The notes under the pieces are model-generated. The model was not told the DNA's origin. It worked only from the letters and a program-made list of their open reading frames with translations, and searched no databases. DNA of 58,833 bases, filler included, from Sphacelaria rigidula (Eukaryota), in NCBI GenBank assembly GCA_964200075.2. It is 9 parts of 9 records of this genome, joined end to end, with 100 filler letters (N's around TTAATTAATTAA, not from the genome) between each part and the next. Parts side by side here need not be neighbours in the genome. Positions count along the whole stretch, not along the records: positions 6,550 to 12,998 come from CAXNAA020020002.1; positions 13,099 to 19,546 come from CAXNAA020020003.1; positions 19,647 to 26,094 come from CAXNAA020020004.1; 6 more parts are not named here. One strand, written 5' to 3'. A program made the position numbers and the translations under genes. This document shows positions 12,492-25,600 of this stretch, piece by piece (position 1 is the first letter of the stretch; every line of letters starts with the position of its first letter).

Positions 12492-12998
12492 CACACCCTG
12501 GACAAAATACGACATCTATTGCAATAGCAATAGAATCTGCTGCAGTAGATGCCAATAATGTCGTCCGTGATGGCCATCGATCGGCAAGTTTATATTTGTA
12601 TTGTCGTCGGCAATATCTATCGATAGACCAGTTTCCCACACTCATGTCTAGGCAGCAGTCTGCTATGGTCCGACACCGAAATCTATTGCGGCCGACCAAA
12701 TGCATCGATAGATAGCTTTCCATATCTATTGGGGTCGGCAATGGCTGTCTATAGACCGCGTGCCAAATCTATTGATAACGACGATGGTTATTGACGTTAT
12801 ATACCAAATCTATTGATGACGGCAATAGCTTTTGATGGATTGCGTGCATAGAAATCTTTGCATGACGGCAATGAATGTCGATAGATACAAACCAGAATAA
12901 ACTGTGGTGTATAATGCCTTCCGACAGCTTTTCTCTGTCGTCTATTAACAGCCGATTTTTGATTTTGGGGTTCAAACAAAATATGGGGCTGAAGTGGC
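12492..12998. mobile_element. Probable DNA-transposon end with subterminal repeats (CAC-terminus, CMC/CACTA-like)
   Basis: Begins CAC(A)CCCTGGACAAAA, followed by many direct and inverted ATCTATTG / CAATAG / ATCGATAG motifs, and runs into the spacer. Confidence 0.4.
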
Positions 12999-15900
12999 NN
13001 NNNNNNNNNNNNNNNNNNNNNNNNNNNNNNNNNNNNNNNNNNTTAATTAATTAANNNNNNNNNNNNNNNNNNNNNNNNNNNNNNNNNNNNNNNNNNNNAA
13101 CACCCCCCTAAGATCAAATTGGATCTATCTGTTATTGCCGCAGCACCGTCCTTCCACAGGTATATGGCCTGTAGGGAGTTTTGGACGATTGTGGGCTGTT
13201 TTCCGACGTTGGCATGCCTGGCATTCTCTACACCAATTTCGTACGTCTCTGCTTATTGACGGCCACCAATACTTCGCTCTGATCTTCTCGTAAGTTGGTA
13301 TGAAACTGAGGTGGCCCCCGGATAATGCAGGATCGTGATACGAGTGTAGTACGAACCTTATTATGGCTTTGGGTACCACTAGTTGATCACGAAATGTGCC
13401 TCGTTTCCGGAGATGCCCTGGCAGATAAGATCTGTACAAAATATCGTCTTGGATTGAGTAGTAAGACATGGTTGCCAACGTTTCTTTGTCCGGGATTGGT
13501 GCTGTGTCGTCATTCAAATATTGAATGTAGGGGCCATGTTCTTTTGCCTGTTCTGCTCGCAATTTTTCGCTTGTCCACAGACATGAAGACATTCGTTGCG
13601 CTGCTGTAAACTGCCTTTACTGTGAACAGCTCCCTGTCGCTTTGTACCGGTTTCAGATTATCCCAATTATCGGCAGATAATTGAAATGGCTGGTGCTGTT
13701 TTCCCGTGTGTAATGCGGGATCTTCTGGCACGTTACGACATATCGGAGCGAGTAGGGGTTCGACTTCGTTTTCCTGTTGTCGCTCGAATTCAAAGAGTCG
13801 CGATGGAGTGTCGGGTATGATATTTAGTTTCCCCGGTTTGTGCTGCACTGTCAAGTCATATGATTGCAAAGCAATAGCCCATCTGGTCAGCATGTTGCAT
13901 GTATCTTGCGTTGTATATAGGTACCGCAGCGCTGTATGATCTGTTACACAAGTGAAATGCTTGCCCCACAAAAAATGCCTCCAGTGTTGGATCGCTAAAA
14001 TAACAGCGTAACATTCTTTTAGGGTTGCAGAGTAGTGCTCTTGGGCAGAGTTAAAGCGTTGGCTGAAGTGGGCTGTGATCGCTTGGTCTTCGCCTTTCTT
14101 TTGCCACTACCCCTTTATGGCTGGCGTCAACTTGGACCACAAACTCTTTGGAGAAGTCCGGGAAGTGTAAAACTGGGGCAGTTGTCAAAAGTCGTTCCAC
14201 TTCTGCGAAAGATTCGTCATGTTTTGCCTTCCAACGTTTTGCTACTTCTTTTACCGCTTCTTTCTTCGTGAGGTCAACCAAGGGTGCCGTAACTTCGGCC
14301 ACATTTGGGATGAATGTTTTGCACAAAGTTGACCATGCCGAGCAATGATCGTAACTGCTTGATGTAGGTTGGTCTGGGTATGTCCAGTATTGCTTTGATA
14401 CGGTCGTCACTCAATTCCATACCGTCCGCTGACAGAGTGTGTCCTAGGTATTTAACTTCCTTAGGCCCAAACTGTGCTTTTGATGGCTTCAGGGTGAGGC
14501 CCGCTGCTCACAGTGCTTTGAACATGTCTTCAAGTAGGGTTAGGTGGCTCTCCGATGAAAAAACACATGCAATTAAATCGTCCATGTATACCAGGAGGCC
14601 GCTTTTCGGTCCAAAGTGTGAGAAAGTGAGAGCCATTATTCGTAAAAAAATAAATGGGGACGACGCTAATCCGCATGGGAGGCGGTAAAAAACCCATTTA
14701 CCCTTGCTCGTAACGAAGGCTGTCTTCTCCTTTTCTCTCTCCGCTATTGGGATTTGGTGGAATGCATTCTGCACATCGAAGACAGAGATATGTTTTGCCC
14801 CTGCTACGGTATCGATATGATATCCCATTTGAGGCATTGGCCATGACTTACGCACCAGACTTTTGTTGAGTGTAGATCGATAGTCAACGCAAAATCGAGC
14901 TGTTGCATCGCTTTTCGCGATTATTTTTACCGCCGAGCCCCAAGGGCTAGCTCTTTGCTCGATGATACCGTCTCTTTCCATTCCGTGTACACACTTGTCG
15001 ATGACTTCCTGTACTCGTGGATTGGCCCGGTAAGGCTGTCTGTCGACCGGCTGTGTACCTTGCTGGAGTGGGAATTCAGCTTCACCTCTCGTGCAGCATC
15101 CTAACTTCTGCGCTGTGAGCGAAAAGACTGCCCGGTATTTCGTATACAGGTCGAGGACCTGGGCCTCTGTTCCTGCGAAAAATGTGCGGCTTTGCAAAGA
15201 CTTGGGATAAAGGTTCCATTGCGCTTCTCATGATCTACCACAGCGATGAGGGTTTCGTTTCACATACACGCTTGTCGATGACTTGTTGTACCCTTGGGTT
15301 GGCCCTGTGGGGTAGCCTGTCTACTCGCTGTAAGACCGGTTGGAGTGGATATTTAACTTCACTTCTCGCTCAGCATCCTGACCCCTGCGGTGAACACGAA
15401 AATATTGTCCGGTATCAAGTACTCAGATTGAGGACTTTGGTCTCTCTGTTCCTGCGACTTGATTCAGCAACTGCACTACCTGTGTTTATCTTTTCACTCT
15501 TCGGACCTCCCTCTGGTGCAAGAGTAATGTATCCTAACAGAGTGCTTTTGCTCAATACGAACGTGCCTGCTGGATGGATTGGCAACCTGAACCATAGCCG
15601 TCTTATTCACCGTTGACCATGCACAAATTGCGTGCCACGATCAGACGTTTGAAACTAATGGTATGTCTAACGATTGAACGCCCTGTTCCGTGACTACGCG
15701 CGAATTAACGCAGTGAATGTCACCTCAGGAGGCTCATCCGAATCGACATGAAGAGCCATCTCCGTTTGCGGAGGAACTAGACTTTTTTTCTGAGATACAC
15801 TGGGACAAGTTGCGCCGCAGATTTGCTGTGCTCGTTCCGTCTCTTGTGTGTAGCTTTGAAACTAACATAGAATTTCGGAGCGATTGTGTCTCAGCTTCCC

Positions 15901-17500
15901 AGTCCAAAATGCCTCCAAACACTCTTATCAGTGAATAATTAATCAGCATGTGGCCGGGACCTAGATCTCGTAAAACCAATACTTCAGCGGATAGGGTTTT
16001 CCCTCTAACGTGAGGTCGAAACGAGTGAAACCCACTACTCTGATGAGTGAGTTTTCCGCACTTTCAAGATTCAAAGATCTGCCTTGGACTGGTTTGATGT
16101 CCGCCGTGCTCGGAGTACGGTGCGAACGGATGAAAATCAGGCTGACTGATAGACAGGTCTGAAGTGGATCTTTCATCCGGACCTGCTCAGCACTATTGTG
16201 TATTCTACCTGGTATCTGGACTCCTACTGAAGCCGGGTGTATCGTTATAGGTCCCTTCGGGTACCGTGCTAACGATGATATGTGGGAAAGTGCACTGCTG
16301 CGAAGTGTTGACAGTTTTGGAGTCCGATATTTTGATCGGTGGTTTGCCTTGATTATACATAGTGGTTAAGCTATGAAAGCTACTTGCGGAACACTCTCCA
16401 AGTACGAAGGCTGGTTACTCTGCACCATTTTTTCGACTTGTGTTGCTCCCTGTGAGCTTCTGCTTCGATTGTGCCAGGTAGTACTTTCTCTATCTCTTTG
16501 TGAGACTTCGCACACGATCCCACTGAAGAGGCTATTATATGACAAGCAAATCACGTTCTCCGTGTTGAACGGTAGTTGTTCTAGTTAAAGATGCAGACTT
16601 ATCCAGGTGCTACATCTGACAAGAAAGTGACCGAATGATCTTTTAGAGGGAGTATGAGCAGTTCCGATTAGCAATCAACAGCCACTGCTGAAAAACGGTT
16701 GTGCGGCAGGTTGCACATGTGTGACATGAGATGAAACGTTACCGATCCCTTGGGGTACTGCGCAAAATGCCGCATGGTATGAGTCTTCCCAGTTTTGGAC
16801 CCGTGTCCGGTGTAACGCTTCTCAAAAATTAACTCCAAGCACGGAGGCTGGTGATAATATGCACTGCACTCCTTTTTTTAGACCTGTGTTGCTCTTGTGC
16901 AACATATGCTTTATCCTAGTCTGTACTTTCACACACAACTGCGGCTGTTTTGGTGCCTCACCAGAGCAGTTACTGTACTAACTAGAAATCTCGCTTCTCT
17001 CATGCATATTTGACCAGAGGGTTGGTACTTTTCTTCCATTGCATGCGCTCTGAGACGTGAAAAAATGAACTATCTGCCGTTTACAACTCCTGTCAACTTG
17101 CGAGCTGAGAGTCGGCACGACCGTCCAATACACCCTTCTTTCGCTTGCTACATGTCAGCTATGACAAGGTGATGCATTCGCAGGTTGGGGAGAATTTTGT
17201 TAGTGCAATTTCGAGTCACCGTGTTTCCAGGGGCCGGTCTGCTTGATTGACAGCCGTGCCTCTTACACTATGGTAGGGGGAGGTGGGTTAATGAGTGCGG
17301 TTTCGCTCTTTGACTAGCCTTGCTGGTGACATATCATGCACACTGGAGGCTAATTTGGCGTTTCGCTGGCTCCTACAACCCTCTCAACTCGAATAATTGC
17401 GCATAAAAGACCCATACGTTTCACCTGCTGAAGCGTTCCTCGGTTCCTTTTCTACCGGATGGTGTCGCCGGTGCTAAGGAAGTGTGCTCCGCACGTCAAA

Positions 17501-17541
17501 GTGCTCTGCACGCGTAGATTCAAATCACTTCGTTGACGCCA
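17501..17541 (-). promoter_or_regulatory. Primer-binding site complementary to tRNA-Ser, unusually extended
   Basis: TGGCGTCAACG lies 1 nt after the LTR terminal CA. The plus strand reads GTGCTCTGCACGC-GTAGA-TTCAAAT-CACTT-CGTTGAC-G-CCA, with tRNA spacing. Confidence 0.75.
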
Positions 17542-17542
17542 C

Positions 17543-17943
17543 TGTGAACTAAGCTTTGCTAGGGGTGAGGCAGTAGACTTACGGGTCCCGAAGAAGAACC
17601 TTGTCGTACCCTGCTGCCGAAGGATCTCCAGAGCGAGGCGTAATTTTTCTTGTCATTTGGGCAAAGATGCGACCGTGGTCAAGGGTAGGCTGGAAAAACG
17701 AGTGAATGGGTCGGTACAGCGTACCGGTCCGTTATCTACCGGGATTCATGCGGTGACTCTTGTTGTACCGAGTTCTTATACCGTAGATCCTGCTGCCTAG
17801 GTTTGCTAAAGATTCGGTTTCACAGGTTTGAACGTTTCGAGTCCGCTCATGTGTGTCACTGGCGGGCTCCGTTCAAGAGACTGTTTCTCCGGCTCACATG
17901 TGTATATGGATGTCATTACGCTCATACATACGTGGTCTCCACA
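17543..17943 (-). repeat. 5' LTR (~401 bp) of the 13125-17943 gypsy element
   Basis: Minus strand TGTGGA...TTCACA (TGTG/CACA inverted termini), directly followed by the PBS. Confidence 0.7.
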
Positions 17944-17998
17944 ATTAATATTATTATAATTATAATTATTATAATTATTATTATCCTATATATTATTA
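17944..17998. repeat. (ATT)n-rich microsatellite
   Basis: Imperfect ATT/AAT repeats. Confidence 0.85.
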
Positions 17999-18849
17999 GG
18001 GAAAATGATCCGCCGCTCCATATTGGGATCAAGTGAGCGTGTGATCCTTCTCGGAACACTAATTTACGTCAAACGCACGGACTGAAGACGAGAAAACAGT
18101 CACCCTTCTCTGTCAAACTGCAAACGCAGGTCGAAAAATATTCCGTTGGCAACGGTCACGTTGAATAACCACCCATAGAATTAAAAAAAAAACAGTAGTC
18201 TGACACATCGCACCCGTGCAAAGCAATTCAGTGTTTCACCGACAGAGGAGAGCTCAAGCATTGTCCCACGTGAGGGCCACGTGAGGGGCAGACAATTTTA
18301 TCAAAATTAAGGCATTAGAGCAGCACCATATAGTAGAGTTATGTACAGTGCATTAACTCCTTCCCTTGATCAGCGGTATACCCCGCAGTCTGGACACCAC
18401 CGTGAACGGCAGATGATTTTATCAACTGTATAGTACAAAAGTAGCACTACAGTATGTACAGTGTATGAGTTCCTTTTCCAGGATTATTAGATGACCAGCG
18501 GTACGGCATAGCTCCCTTACAGCATTGGATGATCAATGATACCGTAGTACGGCCACAGCACCGAAGGACAAGAGCGTGGACAGTACCTCTCCTATCTCTA
18601 TGACACATTAAACTGTAGCACAAAAAGGCACCACCTTCTCATCGCCACACGGTAAAACGGTACAAAAACCCACCCCCACGACTCTCTTCTGGGAATCTCT
18701 GTTGGGGGGCGAGGGGTAACAAGAGGTAAAGTAGAAAAAACAATCCCGTGCCATGCGAAAAATAGGACCACTTCGTTCCTATTGTTCTGTTGTACACAAG
18801 CTGTTCATGTGTGAGGATTTCTGTTCATGTGTAAGGACTCACCAAAAAA

Positions 18850-19345
18850 CGAGACTGCAGACTTTTCATGACCTGCGCAAGAGGGATGTCCATTCGTAGA
18901 GCCCAACACGGTACAACACAAGGTACAACACCCACGCCGATGATTCTTTCTAGGGGTAAAGCAGAAAGAGCAAACTACCCTTTCGCCTGGGAGTAGGGCA
19001 AGCCCGTGCCATGGAAGCAGCCGTCATATATATACCTGTTCCTCAGCCATGCAGAGTGGCATGTTTACTGTTGCATCTGAGTGATGGAACTACACTGCAC
19101 ATGCGAGACCGCAGACGTTTCATGATCTGGGCAAGAAGGATGTTCCTTCGTAGAGCCCAACACGGTACAAGAAATAGTACGACACCCACGCCCACGATTC
19201 TCTCTAGGAGTAAAGCAGAAAGAGCAAACCCCTCTTTCGCCTGGGAGTAGGGCAAGCCCGTGCCATGGAAGTAGCCGTCATATACCTCTGCCTTATAGTA
19301 GCCATGCAGAGTGTTAAATTCACTGTTGCATCTGAGCGATGTACG
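18850..19345. repeat. Tandem duplication, period 254 bp, with a degenerate third copy at ~18645-18760
   Basis: Units start at 18850 and 19104 and share TTCGTAGAGCCCAACACGGTACAA and TTTCGCCTGGGAGTAGGGCAAGCCCGTGCCATGGAAG. Confidence 0.85.
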
Positions 19346-19646
19346 AACAGAGACATCAAGTCGTTTACCGTTTTTTCTCCACGCATACCCCTGAGCGGAG
19401 GAACTGTCGAGATAAACACGTGGCTCGCGGGAGCACTGAATACACAAACTGTGTAGGAAACCCCAACCGTGATGACGTGGGTCACATTTTCATCCTTTCA
19501 AAACAGCCGATCATCTATGTTGAGGATGGTGCTTTTCGTTGAGGATNNNNNNNNNNNNNNNNNNNNNNNNNNNNNNNNNNNNNNNNNNNNTTAATTAATT
19601 AANNNNNNNNNNNNNNNNNNNNNNNNNNNNNNNNNNNNNNNNNNNN

Positions 19647-22600
19647 ACTATACAGTCAACGATCATCATCCTGCTGATCACTACATAGCACATCATGTAG
19701 GCGATATTTCGTCACAGAAGTCAAGAACCTATTTGCGTGAACCTCGGCCAACATCTGGATATTGAGCAGATTATACGGCATCTGCAAATCGTAACAGTCT
19801 GACGGTTGTACACTTGTCTGCCAAGCTTGTGCCTTGGGTTGCAAGCGGTGTCCTTGCATTATACAGTCGCTTGCTCTTTATTACATTGGCGTCTGACTAA
19901 GGAACTTTCTCTTTGATTATTGCGTTTCTGTCTTGTACCGATTTGTATCCCTGGCTGCCAGCTGTGTACTCCAGCTTTTTGATCGTTTGCCCCATTTTCC
20001 CCTTCAGGACGGTTTTAGTCAAACCTACCGAAAGGTAGTCAGTAGTTCTACAAGCCTCTGCCCCGAGTGTCTCTCGGTAAAGTATTTGTGCCCAGCTACT
20101 TGCAATTGCTGTAGCGCTCGACGGCACATCTAGTGTGGCCAACTTGGGGTCAACGCGCACTGCTTGCTATTCTGCCGTGCTGTCAATTTGACACCACCTG
20201 CACCGGGCTACACGATTCAGGTCCGCCTATACGTTGCGATCTTTCGTGATTCACCAGCCTGGTACAGCCACCGCACGAAGCCATCGTTGGCTCGTGTATT
20301 TGGTCTCGTGGCCCTTTTCCTTCTACAGAATAAGGCTTCTACTACAGGTTTGTACAGAACACCAGTGCACAAAGGCGCACTGTTGTTCATCGCGAGCCGC
20401 TGTTCCTGATTTGAGCTCCTGCCACGCCGGCACGCTGCTGCTCTTATTTTTCCGTATCAATTTTACGCGACTGTCGTATCTTTTCTTCACGAAATTACCG
20501 AACAAGTACAAACCGTGCTCACACAGTGTGATAACGGACATCTGTACACGAACTTTGGATTGTTCCGGCCCGTTACCTTCGTTGCTCGTAGCTACCTTGT
20601 TGTTGTTGTAGCTTTAGCTTCTTTGCTGGTGGCTACTTTGTTCTTGTTGTCCTCTTGTGTACTTCGCACAACCGTAAGGAAACGCGGTACATCACCGTGA
20701 GTAACAATACACAGCGTAACGTACTGTAAGTTTTTCCCCCTTTGACCCCTTCTCGAACGAACAAATTTATTGTTTCGTGATGGTTTCGTTGAAATACTAA
20801 TACTTCGAGTTGAAACATTTCAATCCCCGTTACGTGCTCATTTGAACAAACAGCACCGAAACCGGTGCCCCCTTGCCTGTGCACTACGCAGCCAGATTTC
20901 GCGGCTCCATACCCAAGCTTTATAAAAGCTTTTGTGTTGCATCGCACTGTGCAACTTTCGTGCGCATCTGAAAGCGAAAAGTGTCAGTTGCACACCGCCA
21001 GTTGCTCCTCAGCCTGTCCCGTGATACCAGCTACTGTCTACCTGCGACGCACACCCGGAACACGTGTAGGTTTTACGACTTCCACGTACCAAAGTTCCTG
21101 CAGACCATCGGGTCCTCGTTTTTTCTTCAACGACATACGTCTGTTCTGTGAACAATTCCTAGCTCCGTTGATAGCCCTAACCGCCACAACCTTAATAAAA
21201 TTGTACTAACCAGACCCCGGACATAGTTGTTACATATAGCAACTAGCTTGAATACATTTCTCAAGCATATCGGGTCCCACGGTCCCCCCAGGCGCTATTA
21301 GGCTTCATTATCCAGTAATTCCGGATATAAGCCCCGACTTTTGCCCTAGCAGCTCGTTTGTCACGCTCCATTAATTAGAGCTCACAGACCAGACATACTG
21401 CATCTGCCTTTTGGAAATAAAGGTTGCGTACTAATATCATGTCGCACAACAATACCGCTGGCTCCTTCCCTCAATTGGGAAACCAATCGCTTCGCCGGAC
21501 CCGAAGCCAGACTACTAGCGGTTCGAAATCATTTAAGATGAGCGGCACGCCACCTTCAACGCATCGCCGCACGTATGCGAGCGCTGTTCGTTCTTTGGGA
21601 TCTGAAGACCAACATTCGAGCGAAGCTCGTTCTTCGAAGCTTGAAGACCAGACTTCGACGCCGAGACCTGTTCTCTCACGTTCCAAACCGAACTCAGAGA
21701 ACATGGTGTGCAACCGGCCGAGTCATTGGGTCCTGACGCGCATGTCAGTGATCCCATAACGGTGGATTCCATCGCACACCCCTCGCTGGTCCCTGTTCTC
21801 CCGAATCCCAATATGGAATCCGGAGTCAGGATTGTGCCCTCAGTCGAGTCGTTGCCCCTGGACACACGTGTCCAGCTCGGCCCTGCCACGGTTACTTCAA
21901 TCATGGTACCCCGTCGCTTGACGGCTGACAACTCTCGAGACGATTCTGCCCCGACAAAGCGCATCGCTTCTGGAGCAAGAGACTTTGTCACAAGGGCTGC
22001 TTCCGTTACGGACCCCCTTCGCACGACTCTCGATAGTCCCATGCGCCCTACTGGCCAGTCCAGTGTCGGACCGGCAGTCGCGGCCATGCATGCTGCCATG
22101 CAATCTATGCATCGCACCCCCTCGGCGTCGTCGACATCGCCAGCGTCCGCTCTTATCGAAGCATTTACGGCCTTTTGCCATGCAACGCTTCAAGATCAAT
22201 CGGGGCCTGCTCATGTACAATTCAATGATGATTCCGCACCTGCCACGCCACCCGCACGTCTGGCGTCCCGTTCGTCAACATGGCGCCCTCCGTTCGTCAC
22301 TCATGGTGAATTCAACGAAGATGAGTCCAGCCCTTCCTCAACGTCGCAGCAGAGTCCTTCTCGCGCTTCTGACCGACGCCGCACACCGAGACTTGGTCAC
22401 GACCACGCCTTCCGTTCTGGCAGTTCTAAAGGCAACTCCCAGCAAGGCGTGAATTCATCGCGCGTTTTTACACGCCCGAAGAACGCCACTCGTGGTTCCA
22501 CTCACGACGGCAGCTCACGTCACCGTTCCAACTCATCACGCGCTCCAAAGTGCCCGGTGAATGCCAACAGACGTACTCACGAGAATGCCTCGCAGCATAG

Positions 22601-25600
22601 ATCAAGTTCTTCGCGCGTGAACTCGCGCTCGAAAACCCCGGGTCAAGCACCCTCGCACATCTCTCCTGCTCAGCATCTGTCACACAGCCGTCATGCACGC
22701 AATGATACCACTGTACATGCTGACAATATCCAAAATATATTTGCGGACATGTCACCGGCTCCGGAATCCTCAATTACAGGATCCGACCGAACTTCATCAC
22801 ACAACCGACGACAACGCACTGACCGCGAACCGCCGTCCCGTTCCGACGCTGCGCTTATTTGTTCTCTGCAACAACGATTGACAGATCTTGAACGGCAACT
22901 TGCAACAGCTACTATGGATGCCAAAAACACCACCGCCGCTGCTACTGCCAGCAAGAACATTCGCGTTCCGGCAGCTGCTGCTGCCGCTACTGCGACTGCT
23001 GCGCCTCCAGCCGCCCCTGCGCCGGCCCATACCGCCGCCGCCGCTCCGCCGCCTGTTGACACGGATGCCGATAGCGGCCCCACCACGCCTCCTGTGCGCT
23101 CTCCCTCATCCGTGGAGGTTCTTCCACCGCTTGGCAACGAGCATTGCCCCGCCGGGCTTCTGCTCAGACTATTCAAGGACCGCCCCCGCACGGAACAGGA
23201 ACGCCTGATTGCGGAGTATGCCTTTCAGCGCCTGCGCCGGCCCAGGATATTTTCGAACAACAACGCGCCGCCGACGCCGCCGCTGCACGCCTCCTTCTGG
23301 AGGAGCACGCAGACAAACTCTAGGACCTCCAGCGGCAGGCCTCCTTGGCTCAATCTACGAGCACAGCGGCTCAACGGGCACTCGAGGAAGGCCGTGCGGT
23401 GGCTATGGCAGCTCAAAGACAAGTTCGCCAACTCGAAGATCACGTCCTGCGGACCGCCCAAGCAGCGGCCTCGTCGGTGGCCCGCCTCAATGATCATCAA
23501 GCCGCTCTGCCTCCCGCCCATAACGTACTCAGGCCCCACCTGTCGGCGCCCGACAGAGCGACGTACGTCATCCCTTGAAAGTCCGACAGGGCTTTATCTG
23601 TCGCGGCCGCCGCCGCCCCCACGCCGCCTTGTGCATCTAGCCCCGCAGCCCCTGCCGTCCCCGCCATGAGTCTGCAACTAGCCCCGCACGAACAAGTGTG
23701 GCTGTCTCGGTCGGCGTCCGACTATACCGACTCCTTCAGACACCGTAACCACCTCAACTGCTCCCGCCCTGCGTGGAATCTTGTTTCTCAACGCATGCTA
23801 GCCGTCGTTGCTGGTTATGTGGATCAAGGTGGTTTTTTCCCAGATGAAGGTGTGTCGGGGATAATCATGGGCCAATTGGTCCTTCTCGCGACTATTGGCG
23901 ATGGTCCGAACTTCCAGCGCTACGTTAAACATATCACCGAACTTTTCACGGCGCTGCGCGCCGCTTCTGACTCTCCTCCCGGCGCCACTACGGACGGAAA
24001 CGAACATGACGATAGGTGGACTCCCGCGACATCCACCTGTCGGGCACATAAGAAAAATCACCGCCGCGACGACGATGATAATAATGGAGGGAATACACGC
24101 CGCCGCCAGGGCGGAGGAGGATCTTCTTCGGGCGGTTCCGGATCGAACCGCCCGCCCCACAAGTCGAAAGGCAAGCACACCGGAGGCAACTCCTCCGGCT
24201 CATCCGCATCGGCCTGGAACCGGTCCGGTGCAGCTCTTTCCGCCTCGGGCTCGGAGACTCCCAGGCAAGTGGTTCCCAAGTTGGCCGATGTTTCGGCCCG
24301 TATTTTAGGTTTGTCTGATACGGATGCACCTGACCGTCCTTCGTCTTCTACTGCAGCTCGCGCTTTAGCAACCGCCGCGGCTGACAAAGAACGTTCAGAA
24401 GCTAGCAAAAAAACAGCTTCCGATCGAGCTGAGTCTACCCGAGTAGCTGCAATACAGAGACAGTATATTCAGATGGATGTGAAAAACCTCTGGCACATCG
24501 AAACCATGCCTGCCGCGGATAACGAAGATTCGGGCCAGTTTACTTCTGCCCTTATCACGTCAATCCGCCGCACTGTTTGTAACATCCTTCACTTGGCGGA
24601 TGTGACTGGCACACACCGTTTCGAAGACTCAGACTGGATAGAGGGCTGGCAGATTCCCTTGCACAAAGCAATGCATCGATCGATCAGCTGCCGCTCTCCC
24701 GACCTCGCTGCTTCCTTGACGCAGGTGCTCGACGGATTCCTCGCCGAGATTGATCCGGATCGTTCCCAAGGGAAGACAGGCCCGCAATTACTCTCTGATT
24801 TGGAAAGGCGTCTCATAGGCTACTTTAACAAAAGTGATCAAGCCAGCGTCATCCAGAGGCTGAGTTCGTTTGTCATCGCATCTGATGTTCCCTTCGCGGA
24901 TTATCTCCGCGAATTTAAGCTTTTAGTTTCGGGTACGACGGGTGTCGGACGCCAGAATGGACCGAGCGATGCATTGTGTCAGACGTATGTCCGCAATAGC
25001 GTCGCTCAACAGTATCCGGCTCTGATGTCGTCGTTGTTTCCGGGTGTCTTGGCGCATCGCGAGGTGCCTTACGGCTCCGTTGATACTATGTGGTCTGCAT
25101 TTGTACACCAAGAGAGTAACCTGACGCCTGCCATACGTGGCAAACCTTCAACGTCTGTGCGTTCACAACCTACGGTTGTGTCCTCCGCTCATGCCCAAGG
25201 GGCTTGCGGCAGGAATTCGAGCTCGTCTTGCGCTTCATGGACCCCCGACCCAGTCGCCGGTTCAGTTGTGCATGTTCAGACTACCAGAGATGCATTTAGC
25301 GCGAGTTTTGACGGTTGGCCGTTTTCCGAGGAAACTTGGGATGGTGTTTATCTGACTTCAACAACGGCATTCATAACCGATGACCCCCAGTTGTGGAACC
25401 CACTTCTTTCGTCTTCCGCTAGACGCAATGCCTTCAGCAGTCATGCCAACAGTTGCATCAACTGTAGTGTTCAAGGCCACAGCATGCGCGACTGTGACAG
25501 TACATGTATTAATGCCTTTGATCTCATGAACCCTGAATTGCAGGACAATGAACCCGCGTGGCGCCGCTGGCAAAAACGCATGCGCGATTATCGTCCACAA

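Larger units (their letters stand above)
13125..17943 (-). mobile_element. Decayed Ty3/gypsy LTR retrotransposon: 5' LTR, PBS, degenerate gag/PR, RT, RNase H and integrase zinc finger, truncated before the IN core
   Basis: RT motifs SPWGS..RFCVDYR..FDVQNAFHQ..LPCGL..YMDD; RNase H VDAS..TDHTAL..RWAIALQ; IN HHCC (YHD..GGH..CQAC). Many stops and frameshifts. Confidence 0.93.

Noticed and set aside
16020..16075. Hammerhead-like CTGATGAG near GAAA motifs
   Set aside because: The required stems cannot be formed, and the site lies in protease-region coding sequence.
23666..23669. ATGA stop/start overlap as translational coupling of two genes
   Set aside because: Better explained by a frameshift near 23240. 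The downstream frame continues upstream through two point-mutation stops.
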